64,000 nt of DNA from Ophelia neglecta (Eukaryota). Below are positions 1 to 11,600 of the stretch, in pieces (positions within the stretch are counted from its first letter, which is position 1; each line of letters starts with the position of its first letter). The notes below the pieces were generated by a model, which had not been told where the DNA came from, ran no database searches, and saw only the letters and a program-made list of their open reading frames with translations. The position numbers were made by a program, and so were the translations under genes. Where the stretch lies: assembly GCA_965285935.1 (NCBI GenBank), contig OZ260663.1, positions 55,056,001-55,120,000 on the forward strand, given 5' to 3'.

Positions 1-1681
1 AGATGTACAAACACATTTTGTCTCGAGAGACAAAGACGTGGACTTCGCACCAACCTATACGCATTGTAAACTAACAAAGCTTGTCTCAAAATAAGCACAT
101 GAACCTTTTTAAAAGCAGAAGTCAAACCATATATATTATAATATTCACAGAAATAACACTGTTACTGTATTGAGACAGGCCTCTACCAGGGTTAGTAGAA
201 TCCAGTATACACTGCTGTTTTTGATAAATTCAAACCTGATTAATAAACGTTATTGAGATCTACTGATATTACTCACTGATATTTGTTTGAGACAAAAATT
301 AGATTCATACTAAAAATGATAATATTAGGTGTATATCTTAAATTGAAATTAATAAATATATCAGATGGACATAAACATGATGAGCAACCATATCAATGAG
401 ACAGACCATACAAAATTTTGATGCTACGGTGCAGTAAAAGTTTGGCCACTGTCTTATGTTATGTGTAAGTCACAGGGAAATGGTAAAGAATTTTGTGCTC
501 TATAAGGGATACACCTTTATTACTCTCGTAACTGCCACAGCAATACATGTTAAGTGAAAATTTGTACAATGTAAGTCTTACTCAATCATTTGAGCTAGGC
601 AACAAGAAAATATATATATATACTCCCATTTACATTTTAATAAAAGACTTAAAGCAATAAATATCTAGAACAAATATAATGTTTGGCTCTTTTAAAATTT
701 AAGTCTGAAATGCACATTACTTATTAGGCACAAGTTCAAATGAGACAGGCATATACGAGTACATACACACAGGTCATAACGCAATAAGTGGTTATATCAT
801 TTCAACTCAAATCTATGACCACACTTCAGCATATAAACATAGTACAATTATAGTACCAGGTTGGTGTCATATTGCTTCAGCAACTGTTCCTACACAACAT
901 GTGAATTACAATTGTAGGATTCCACTCAAACTGGAGAGTATTCAAACTAAGTACTCCTGTCGCTTGGTAAACTAGCTCCGTCTAACTCTACATAATAACC
1001 AAGTATCCATTGGGCATTTTTTCTTTGCACAAAATGCCTTCATCTTATAGAATATATTTAAAGTTAACTTATTAACAACAGTATGAAAAAGTAGTCTAGT
1101 TAACAGGATATCATTTCATTCAGTATGAAATAACTATATTGTTAATTTATGGCAGCACAGCTGGATTTATTTCGATGGCGGACAACAATGCTAGAGTGAC
1201 TTTAGTGAAATCAGAACACTGGTTCTGCTCCCTAGTCAAACGCCGGCGAAGGATTCCTTCCTTTTCCGGCCGAGTTCATAAACACAAGGTAATAGTCAAC
1301 TACCCTGTCTAGTGCACTTTAATGTGTATCAGTGCACACTTGATAGGTACCTTTCTCTCAATCCATGCGGGTAATGGTGCGATTCACCAAGGTGATGTTC
1401 TCAAATCCCGAGTGAGATCAACTAGGGTATCAAAACACTGAGACAGTCCTCAAATCCCTTACTATCCATTCAGTTGGTTGCTATTGGATAATAAAGTTCT
1501 TCTCCTTGGCTAACAAGATAAACAAACAATAACTGGCATGTCTTGAACAGTGACCACCATCAGTAGTAACTAATATGAGCAAGGGCAACTTTAAGAGACT
1601 TCACTTTTTTAGTCTGTATTTTCTTTCCAGGCAAGGCATGTGAATCATTCATCCTCTGAACAAGCGTAGTGTGATGTAGGT
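1..1681 (-). other. Probable 3' UTR with candidate AATAAA signals at 1166-1171 and 516-521
   Basis: AT-rich, no ORFs, downstream of both stop codons. TTTATT on the + strand at those positions. True end unknown. Confidence 0.5.
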
Positions 1682-2505
1682 CTAGCTCTCTGTGACAGAC
1701 TCATGGATGTTGGTGAGCACAGGCGGGGTGTGGGTGGCATCCTCTCCGTGGGTGTCTGGCTGTTGACTGGGGGGTTCTGGCGGTGAGACGGGATCTGTGA
1801 TGGGCATGACACTCACACTAGGATCCACCCCCAGTGCTGGAGCCTCCTCAGACCTGGTAGGCACTATCTCAATCACAGGTTCATGAGTGGGGACAAATGC
1901 TGGCGGATGCTCAGAGGCCGAAACAGGGGTAGATATATGAGGAGGACGCTCCAGATCTACTGGCTGAGCCATTGGACCTGGAACTTCAGGAGCCAGCTGG
2001 TCTGAAATCAGCACAGCTGACTGTATGGCTGTAGAGGGGGGGATTTCTGGGCATATAGTGGGCACCGCCGCATAGGACATGGCTACCGAGCTGGGTAGAG
2101 TAGCTACGGAAAGGGTTGTTGTTGTATACATGCCATCAGATTGGGGAATGTAGTACGCCGCCGGATATTCACTGGGGGCTGTCCCGTAAGTGCCCTGGGG
2201 CACCTGAACCATGTATTGCTGGTCTGAGGAGTACGCCATGCCTCCAGGGGCAGAGCCGCTGTGATAGGAGGCCACACCACCATCCAGCATCCCTGCCGTC
2301 ATACACGAGTCTCCCATTGGGGCCAGATTGTTGCTGCCTGTTACTCCAGACATATCCATGGAGGCCATGTGTCCTAAGCTATCCAATGAGGAGCCATCGC
2401 TCCCCGGGGACATCATGGCATAGCTTGTCCCAACATAGCCTGCAAGGCCACGGCTGCGGCCAGTGCTCGAACGTCTGCCACGATTCGATGATGAGTTCAC
2501 ATTAC
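1682..2505 (-). CDS. TCF12: Alternative long terminal coding region (~274-aa Ser/Pro/Met/Tyr-rich C-terminal extension)
   Basis: Part of the 311-codon stop-free frame 1682..2617, which is visibly more GC-rich than its flanks. Acceptor ctttgtattttggtgcag|GT at 2506/2505 is phase 1 and matches the phase-1 donor at 4201. Confidence 0.65.
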
Positions 2506-2549
2506 CTGCACCAAAATACAAAGGGCTGTTGTTATAGGCACTGTTAGCA

Positions 2550-2600
2550 TCATAGATGATGCCCCATGTCCATCGGGTATGGTGCCCTATTATCTGGTCC
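2550..2600 (-). CDS. TCF12: Short terminal coding exon [16 protein letters not shown]
   Basis: Acceptor gcctctttccag| at 2601, phase 0 from the donor at 4196. The MGHHL* ending resembles the vertebrate E-protein ending (..PMGHM*). Confidence 0.75.
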   Translation of the reverse strand, partial: GPDNRAPYPMDMGHHL

Positions 2601-5600
2601 CTGGAAAGAGGCAGCAAGAAATCTGCTCAGTTTTGGATTCAGATTAGATTTTAATTGTGTTAATAGCTTCATCTACTGATTACAATGACAAACATGCTGC
2701 TGTGGCTAAATTAGCTAGGCTGGGCTGGGTGTGTAGAGAACTGGACTGGAGGAGACATGGGGCAGTGACTTTTAGTCCTGATTCTATGGAACTCTGTTGA
2801 TTAGGCATACAGCAGAATTGACATAAAACCAGGTCTCAACATTTTAGAAATTTCAAATTTAAATATGGAAAAGAACTCACAGTTTTCCTGAAATAGTCTT
2901 AATTTAAAATCAACTAGATAAGATACCCCCTGAATACTGGGCTAGATGTGTATTGTCTCCACAAACTGAGATTAGTTGGGCATCCACAGGGTTATACTGT
3001 CAAAAAGTAAATTTAGATGGTTAGTAACATGGTATGACTATGTGATCATAGATACCAGCCACCAACCAAGTTCCCCCAAACCATAATCCTTATAATATAA
3101 AGACCACCAATCCAAAGGCCCACCAAAAGACCCTGTAAGAAATCTGCCCACCTCAGAAACCCAAGCCAAGCAATCTATTGCACCAGCCACCAGCTAATAA
3201 ATAGATTAGCATGAAAACATTTTGGTATGAGGTTATGAAGGAAATATTTTGATAATTATTTCTGAGGATGGGCAATGAATAGCATAAATATCTCTGAAAC
3301 ATCACTACATGACATATACTTCCTTCATAACTTCAAAATAATAACTAACATAAATAATGCTGGGTAATAGGATGCCTTAATACATTAAAATATGCAGACT
3401 TTTTCCAATGTTTTACAACCCATACCAAGTTGCAGACCACCCACAATTTCTCTGTAAAAATAAATAAATTCCTTCAAAAAGGAGGAGGTATCCCACCATA
3501 AAATCCACTTCCACCAAACCGTTGTTTCAAATGAGTTAATTAACATATGGCTAACAGCCTTCCATACTTAATTTAAATGAACACTAGTGATCTTAAAGTC
3601 ATCATGACTATTTTCCATCAGACCACACAAAACCTAATGCATCCTGTCACCCATTCATAACAAGCAATGTTTAATTTCATATAAATTTATGTAGAAATAA
3701 TCAACCATTATGTATCAAAATGGTTGATAACTCCTACACACATTGCACTAACATCTCATGCTTTTTTTGGTATTTATATATACAAACATAGTTACAGTTA
3801 AGAAGGTCACCAATGTGTCACTTTTCAGGTCAGCATGGGAGTGGCACATTTCTACACAACATAATAGTTTAAAAAAATATAAAAACAATTCTGCCTTCTG
3901 AACAGGTGTGCCTCTTGATGGCCAACCGATGGTAACACATTGATGACCAATGTTCACTATCATCAGAAAAACCAGGCTCCTAAGTATACACCTTGGCAAA
4001 AAGGAGGTTAACCTAAGATTTATAGCATTTTTATTTAGTGTGCAAATAAAATATGCAGATTGTAAATGGCATCTCCGGTGTTCTTAATGTTTGAAGTTTA
4101 ATTTTTTCTTCTTTTGCTAAGGTGCAGACTCGTGAGGAACTAGGGTATATTGTCTTACATAAAGATAGAGTTAAGTGTGTTTGCCTGATACATACCTTAC
4201 CGGCCATGGCAGCCTGCTGAGCAATGTCCAAAGGAGGTCCCAAGGACCTCCCTGGTAGCTCCTCTGTTTTCTCCTCCTCCCTACGCTTTAAGCATGCTGC
4301 CTTAGGGTTTAAGTTGCGCTCTGGAAATAAGCACACATTAAAATATGAGTTTCAAATTGATAAACTTGACAGATTACTAACTATCAAAACTGCTATTCAC
4401 ACCAAATAGAAACCAGATACACCTGAATATCTTATACTTTATTATTTTATTTATATATATCATACAATAACAATATTTAAAGAAATGTTCCATAGCATGC
4501 TTGAATACAGGCAGACATATAAATACAAAATGCTGTTAGGACATTTTTTTCTTCAATAAACCATAACCAGGGGTTAGTGGCCACTCTAGCTTAATTCTCA
4601 ATTAAAAGCGTTTACACACATAAAATATACACACTTGGGTTAACATAATATAATAATAAATGCTGTTAGTCCACAACAGAACATTACCTCTGACTTGCTG
4701 CTCTAAACTGGTTATTACTGACACTGCATGTTGCAAGATAGTCAGCTTTGTTTGGGGTTTGTCCGTGCTAAGGTGAAGTGAGCACATGCGACCCAATTCT
4801 TTGAAGGCCCCGTTGATATCACGCACACGTATCCTGTGGGGGAAGAGAGAAGACGGGAGTTTGGAGGTTGTTCATGCATGCACTCACATTCATACTAGCA
4901 GAGGTGGATTTAGAAACCATTGGGATAGAGGGGCGAGGGCATTATTGACAAAGTAGGGTTCCCAGGGTATTCCCATACGGACTTGGGTAGGATATGGGGC
5001 ATCTCTCGTAGGATTTTTTTTGGTCAGTGTCAGGGCTTGGGCCCAAGTCTTGCCGAGCAACACGGCTAGTACAATTCCTTCTGCAGCCTCTCAGGACTGT
5101 TCTGGCTTTTTCAAACATGCAAGCAAACCATGCAGAAGCATTCTGTGTCAAGGCCACTTGTAGATCAGGCAATCGGTTGCTTGAGAGTGGTTTTTACCTC
5201 GGACTTGTTGCTCAAGGGTAGTGATGACATTGACTGCCTGCTGCAGAATCATCAGCTTGGTCATCGGCTGACCATTGCTAGTATGGATAGAGATCATGTG
5301 ACCTAACTCTTTGAATGCTTCGTTTATGTCCCGTACTCGTAATCTGTTGGGCAATCCAGTGGCATTGAGAATTAGAATGGACAATACCTTAACAGCATAT
5401 ACAAGAAAACAAGCACAGTAAAAATGTCCAATCAACTGTTTATCATACACTATCAGCAACATAAGAAATTAATTTTCACTTATATTTACTTGTTATTTTT
5501 CCAATTTATATTTTCAGAAAATTGTATGTTCCTTGTTATTCTGTGTACTCCTGTGTCAACTTAGCCAACAACACTTTTGCTCTTTTCTCCGTAAACTTTC

Positions 5601-8600
5601 ATCAACACCAGCTGCCTTTAGCCTTACCTTTCTCTAGCATTATTAGCCTGCCGCCGCAATCGTTCACGCTCTGCTTTAGATTCTGGGCTCTCATTGGGAT
5701 CATCTTCCTCCTCGTTTCTGTAAAAGCCAAACAATCTATCACATCCGTAATAATGGGTGATGAAAATAATTGGCACAATGGCACCCTACCATAATCACAA
5801 GAATTAAAATGGGTTTTCCCAAAATGGACATTAATATAACTTAATGCATCCAGAAACCACATAAGGTGTTGAGAATGCTAAAAACAGGCAAATAATGGGC
5901 AACAGGGAGCTCTTAGAGTGGCTTGTACTAGCACATTCCGCATGTCAATGAGAAGGTTAAATAAAATATTCCCCTCATCACTTGAAGAAGTCCTGAACAG
6001 ATATTCTGATGTGAAATCAACTTACTCTGAATCAAGACTTGGTCCAAGCGAGTCCCTACAATCACAAGGGGAAACAAAAATAACATGAAATGGTAGAAAT
6101 AAAACAAGGTTTTGCCATACACTTTAGAAACCACTACTAGGGTGGAGAGACTGTGAAGACAGGGTGGTATATATGATGATAATGCTACCCTGCTTACACT
6201 GGCCCTACTATGACTTTAGCCATACAGAACATTGACATATTACCAAATGATTACTATTTTGTGCAGCTCATGTGCAAACAAAAGTTAATTAAATAATGCA
6301 AAGGATCCAAAATTTGGATGTTTTAATGGGTGACCTAGTCCATGTGGTCTTTTGGTTGCCTAAGGCTAGTATGTCTGAGAATAATATTAAAGCAAAGACA
6401 GCCATGAAAGCCGAGGAAATATATTAATACTGAGAAATTGTTCATTGGAGGCCTGGGGAAAAAAAGCATAATTTTTACTTAGTACTCTGACAAATAATGG
6501 AGCATTATACAACTTAACCAGTTAGCAAGCGAATCCAAAAAAACATCGAGAAATCAATATGGTTGGCATGCTAGTTTGAAGTGTTAAATACAAGGATATA
6601 TGCCTATATATAAATATATATATCAGGAGAACCCTATCCGTTCAAAGGAACAGATTAGGTTTTTACTGGCTATTATCTCTGAATCACTGAAGAAACCAAG
6701 TTGAAATTGGCTTGTATAAATTTTGAACATTCTGCGACAATAAATAAGCAAATAAAAAACAAAAGAACACCTTATACCAGCAGACTGGTTGGAATTGGCA
6801 TTTATACCAATTAATATCAAAACTATCAACTATATAGTCATTTCCTATCCATATAAAGTTTCTAGTATCTAAATAGAATTTTTATTTTCATTAGTACAAG
6901 TCGACTCAGTGTGCCAGTAGGTTTTTACTTACTGCCTTGATCTTTTGGATGGCGGAGCACCACTCTGTGGTGTCAAAGGAGAAGTCATATCTGACAGTGA
7001 TCCCGAAGTGCGACCAGATTCCTTCATTTTTTGGTCTTTCTTACTACTTTCATCGGCCGTTTTTTCAACTTTCAATTTTTCTATTTTTATGTGGCCATCC
7101 GTAGTTTGTTCTGTTGGTTGTTCATTTCTTAAGTCTATAAATGTGGGTACAAAATATAGATTAGGTAATGGAAATTGAAAGCAAATCAGTGCATGATGAT
7201 AATTAATATACTAGATACATGGTCAGTTTCTGGAATTCTTTATTGCAAGAAAGATATGTTCTTAATACATAAATATGAAGATATTTTATACACAAGGGAT
7301 GCTCCTTCTACACAGTTCTTGTAGATTGTTTATTAATCTATTTTAATGTAAATATATTCTTACTATTGACAGATGATTGATCCGGGCCTGTGTGTCTATT
7401 ATGTGATCGCTCATCTGATAATGATGTGTGGTTGCCACCCTGAAATAATTGAGGAAAATTAATATGTAAATATGATATGTATTATGAGAGCTGCCTGTGA
7501 CTGGGTTGAGTATGAGTGATGGTAGATTATGAGGGAGTGACAGCCTGTTATATTTGACCCTGGGTATATATCTGGCCCTGGGTATATGATGGTTGATTAT
7601 GAGGGAGAGATAGGCTGTTGACCCTGGGTATATGCTGTCCCATGTTACCCTTTTCATCGCCCCGCCTTGTCTGATGAGGCAGGCTGGTTTCCCTGACCCT
7701 CCTCCACCCGTGCCAGCCTCTCCCCACTCCACATGTGTGACTTGTTAGAGGACGCTCCTACTATTAACCACCCTCCCTCTTCACCGCAGTCAAGTTCATC
7801 CCTGGTCACTGAAAACAGGAATAAATGACTCCAACTTTGACCCACACCCTCAAATTTATCCACATGATATTGACTTCCACTGCGTCAGGCACTGCACAGT
7901 GACTTCTCCAATTTGACAGAAGGAGGCAAGAAAATTGCACCTTCAATCTCTCTACACCATTTGCCATCTGGTTGCATTATACAGCATAGGAGGGGACAGT
8001 TTTCAACACTTTGACAGCTACAGAAAGTGAAATCAGAGGCATGTTTTGTTGGAACTGGATACCTGCCATACACCATGATATTAGGTGATATGTGTCAGGG
8101 AGAGAGATGGCACCTGGGTGCGGGGTTGCTCCAGAGCGGTCCTAAGGAGGGCCTCACTACAGGTATGGGGAGCTAGCCATGATACAGCACCATGCCAGCC
8201 CCAGGCCCACTCACAAGCACCTGTTGTACTTCAGCTACTGCTCAGCTACAAGCTGGATACAGTTTCTATCACATCCTCCACATCTACACACCCCACTCCC
8301 ATCAGTATGGTGAATGTCAATTAACCCATCAACACAATGGGACTGGCTCAGACCACCTACAATCATGGATCTCTCTAAAAACCAAGCCAATCAACTATCT
8401 ACACTCATCATTCCATCATACCTACAGCAGCCAATCCTAACTCACACTTCCTCTTGTCATCTCTTTGTTAAAACCATACCTCGCTGCCACATAATGCCAC
8501 ACAGCACTACTTACAACTAGATTTTCTAAATGTTACAGAGAAGGCGTAAGCAAAGGGGGGATTAAAAGAAACTGATCTCCTACCAAATCATAATGGTATC

Positions 8601-11600
8601 CATAGAAGTCCTGTGCATTGGTGTATTGTAGACTGGTATTGTACGGCTGTACTTGGTTTCCATGATATGTATTGTAAGGTAGAGTGGTATTGTTCTGTAG
8701 AGAGCCTTGCTGGTCCTGAATGGCACTCGGGTTGTATTGTGCAGCGTTGTTGTACCACGTACCACCTGAGGCGTACCCCTGTTGGTAGGCTGGTGGGAAC
8801 TGGGATATATCCAGTGGAAACTGGGAATACCACATGGTGCCGTTTCTCACACCATTAGCCACTAAAATATATCCAAATAGCTAAAGGAAGCTAGGACTGT
8901 CAGTGGAATTAAGGCTCATTAAGTTTCCTTGAAGTCATCAAGGGAGGAGAGCTTTGCCAATAAAGATGGTTGTATGACGGGTCCTTAGCCTGCTCTGGCC
9001 CTTCCCCTTCCGATCCAAGCCTACTCCCAGCCTACTCCACTCTGAAGCTTTTTCCAAATCTTTCACGATATGCTGGCTTGATTTGTTCAAGACCTGCCCA
9101 TCTTGAAGTATTTTGTACCAGTTGAATATACACAGATGGAAAACATTGGAAACAATTATCTTTGAAGCAGCTCATTGAGCAATATTGACCAACAGTCATA
9201 GAGAGCAGCATCCAATCACAGGGGCACAATCTTACCATCAGAACTTGGAAACCCAACTAGCCAGATACTTGGGGGCTTTGGAAAGATAACATCTAGCATA
9301 ACTGGTTACATGTGGTTCACATTATCTATGATGTTGAGATATACCATCTGAGCACTCAACATGTAATTTTTTTGAACTTTTTCTTACACACCCTTATGCT
9401 AATGCCCTTGGCACAGTTTTAATTTGAAAGCCATGCAATCACACACCATTGCCTGGAATGCGACTTTCAAGCATTTTGGGCCTGTGGTTTTCAAGATGAG
9501 TGTACATGCCTGCTATGTGGGAGTGCGACCAGTGATTTTGCCACTGTATATTTTGAATGATGTGCGAGGACATCTGAGCAGGTATGATATGATGTATTTA
9601 TATTACCCTCCTCTGTTCCTGCCGTTTTTCTAGAACATGTTTGATCTGTTTTGACACAAGAAGCAGAGACTCCTTCCCACTCCTTCCCAGCAACAGTTCT
9701 ACCTTGACACATGTAGTTGCTATGGAAACCAGGGGATCAACCCATCAATAATTACTTTCAGAGTGATCTGATGGGCAGATCTGAGAGGCGGCTGATGTTT
9801 ACACTGGTGACTTTGTAAACTGTAGATTCTCAGGGAGGTGGGTAGGGTTCCCTGCCTTTGACAGTTACAAAATAAACAAAGTGGCCTCAGTAGCTCCAGA
9901 TGTTGTGTACATCTCTGGCAGATACTAGCCTTCTGTGCTGGTCCCAGTCTTCTCTACAGACTAATTAGCTCATTTAGATAATCTCTCATCAAATGTAAGC
10001 AGAATACTCCTTGAAATATCATGGCGTTCTCTATGATGAAAGTTGGCTCAGCTTGGGCTTCAAACGAGCAGGGTCATGTTATGAGAACACATCAAAATGC
10101 TCACCTGGTTTCAATCAGGATCATCCTGGAGTAAGACAGCTCAGCAAGCTTTATGAGCACTATTTACCAAATTCATCTTCACTATGTGATGATCCCAGCC
10201 TCTTTAACGTGCTAAAAGGTGTCCATGCCTTCCACTAAAGCATCTTTGGAGAGCAATTCTCTCAAACCATGATCTTGAAGGTCAGCACAAGTAATTTCAG
10301 ATAAAGAATTTATGGAACTACAGATTTTTATTGTATATTGTCATATTTCCCCCCTTAGAGCAGTCAGGGCCAATTATGGCCTCAATAATGGAGTAGTGTT
10401 TCTGATGTAAATAAATCACCTGCCCTGGCCAGTCTGTTATAGATGAGTAGTCCAGCTGAGCCCAAGTGTTCGTGTTCATTTGCTTGTATGACATCACTTT
10501 GTAGATGTATCCCTCAGCTGTGTCTAAAACCTGAAGCAGGCCTCCATTACAGTACAGCACAGGCAGCCGACCCCTGCAACTTTGGTCAATATTTTGAGAC
10601 AGTATAACCCCGAGGTATGGCACCTTGTCAGAGCCCTGCTTCCAATTGCCCCGCTATTTACAGAGAAGACCCTGTGTAATTTTCCCCATACTTTCCATAA
10701 TTTTCCCCATACTTTCCTTTCGGTAATTAGCCATTAAATCGAGATGCCCCTGTGATTTTATTGGCTCCATCTTTGCTAGTAAAGCGATTCCTGGTTGTTT
10801 CCTGCCCAGTTGTTCTGTGGGGTTTGTGTAGTGGCTACAAGAGAAGATTGGCATAAGGGCAGAGAGAAACAACAAATTTGCATTCTCCGGTAGACCACAC
10901 GCGCTTGGGGGTTAATTCTGCACAGGACTGAAGCTCAAAACCTGTGGTGAACTCTTATTGGAGGGACAGAGGACTGAGAATAAATTCTAATCATCAGTAA
11001 TTGTTTGATGACTAGACTGTCAAAATGAAATCACAGCCTACCAGTTTCATGTCAATCATACAATCTCTCTGACTTACATCTTACAAAACTGATGACAACA
11101 AAAAGGCAATTGCTCAAATGTCAAGCAGCAACATACTAAAACAATTATTTATTTATAATGTTTTTTTTATCACTGTCCAAAATAGTTTGTGTATAAATAA
11201 TGTATGATAAAGTTCTTGCACACAAAATTAATGACTCGTAGGTTTTCTTATTTATCGTATAAGCAGGCAATATCTTACCATGTGTGATTCCATCATGCCC
11301 ATGCCCGGCGGGTATGCTGTGCCCATGTTGCCGGACATGAAGCCATTGGAATGTGGTCCGGGCATCATCCCGGGCATGTGCCCAGGGGGCATCATTTGGC
11401 CTGACTCCGCATGGTTTCGTAAGACATGGATGGCATCGTCCAGCCGTTCCTCCATTTTGCTTTGCTATAAGAAAATATCTTGGTAATAATACGTTGACAA
11501 TTTATTTTCAGGCATTGTCATTTTTGTTAATGCCAGTTAAGTTGGAATCCTTGTTAGTAACATTGAAACATTTATATGTTTTACTAGAAGTGATGAGGTG

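Noticed and set aside
2116-2547. 143-aa plus-strand ORF
   Set aside because: Antisense shadow of the GC-richer minus-strand coding region; no recognisable protein features.
4942-5172. Possible third HLH exon between A and B
   Set aside because: No HLH-like translation and no suitable splice sites; ordinary intron carrying splicing motifs.
4688-5343. Tandem double-HLH protein or a second gene
   Set aside because: Joining both exons frameshifts to a premature stop, and there is only one basic exon and one C-domain exon.
7343-7732. 129-aa minus-strand ORF
   Set aside because: Runs through degenerate repeats and crosses the real exon in the wrong frame.
8085-8520. Overlapping plus-strand ORFs
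   Set aside because: CA-rich low-complexity sequence suppresses stops; no domain or splice support.
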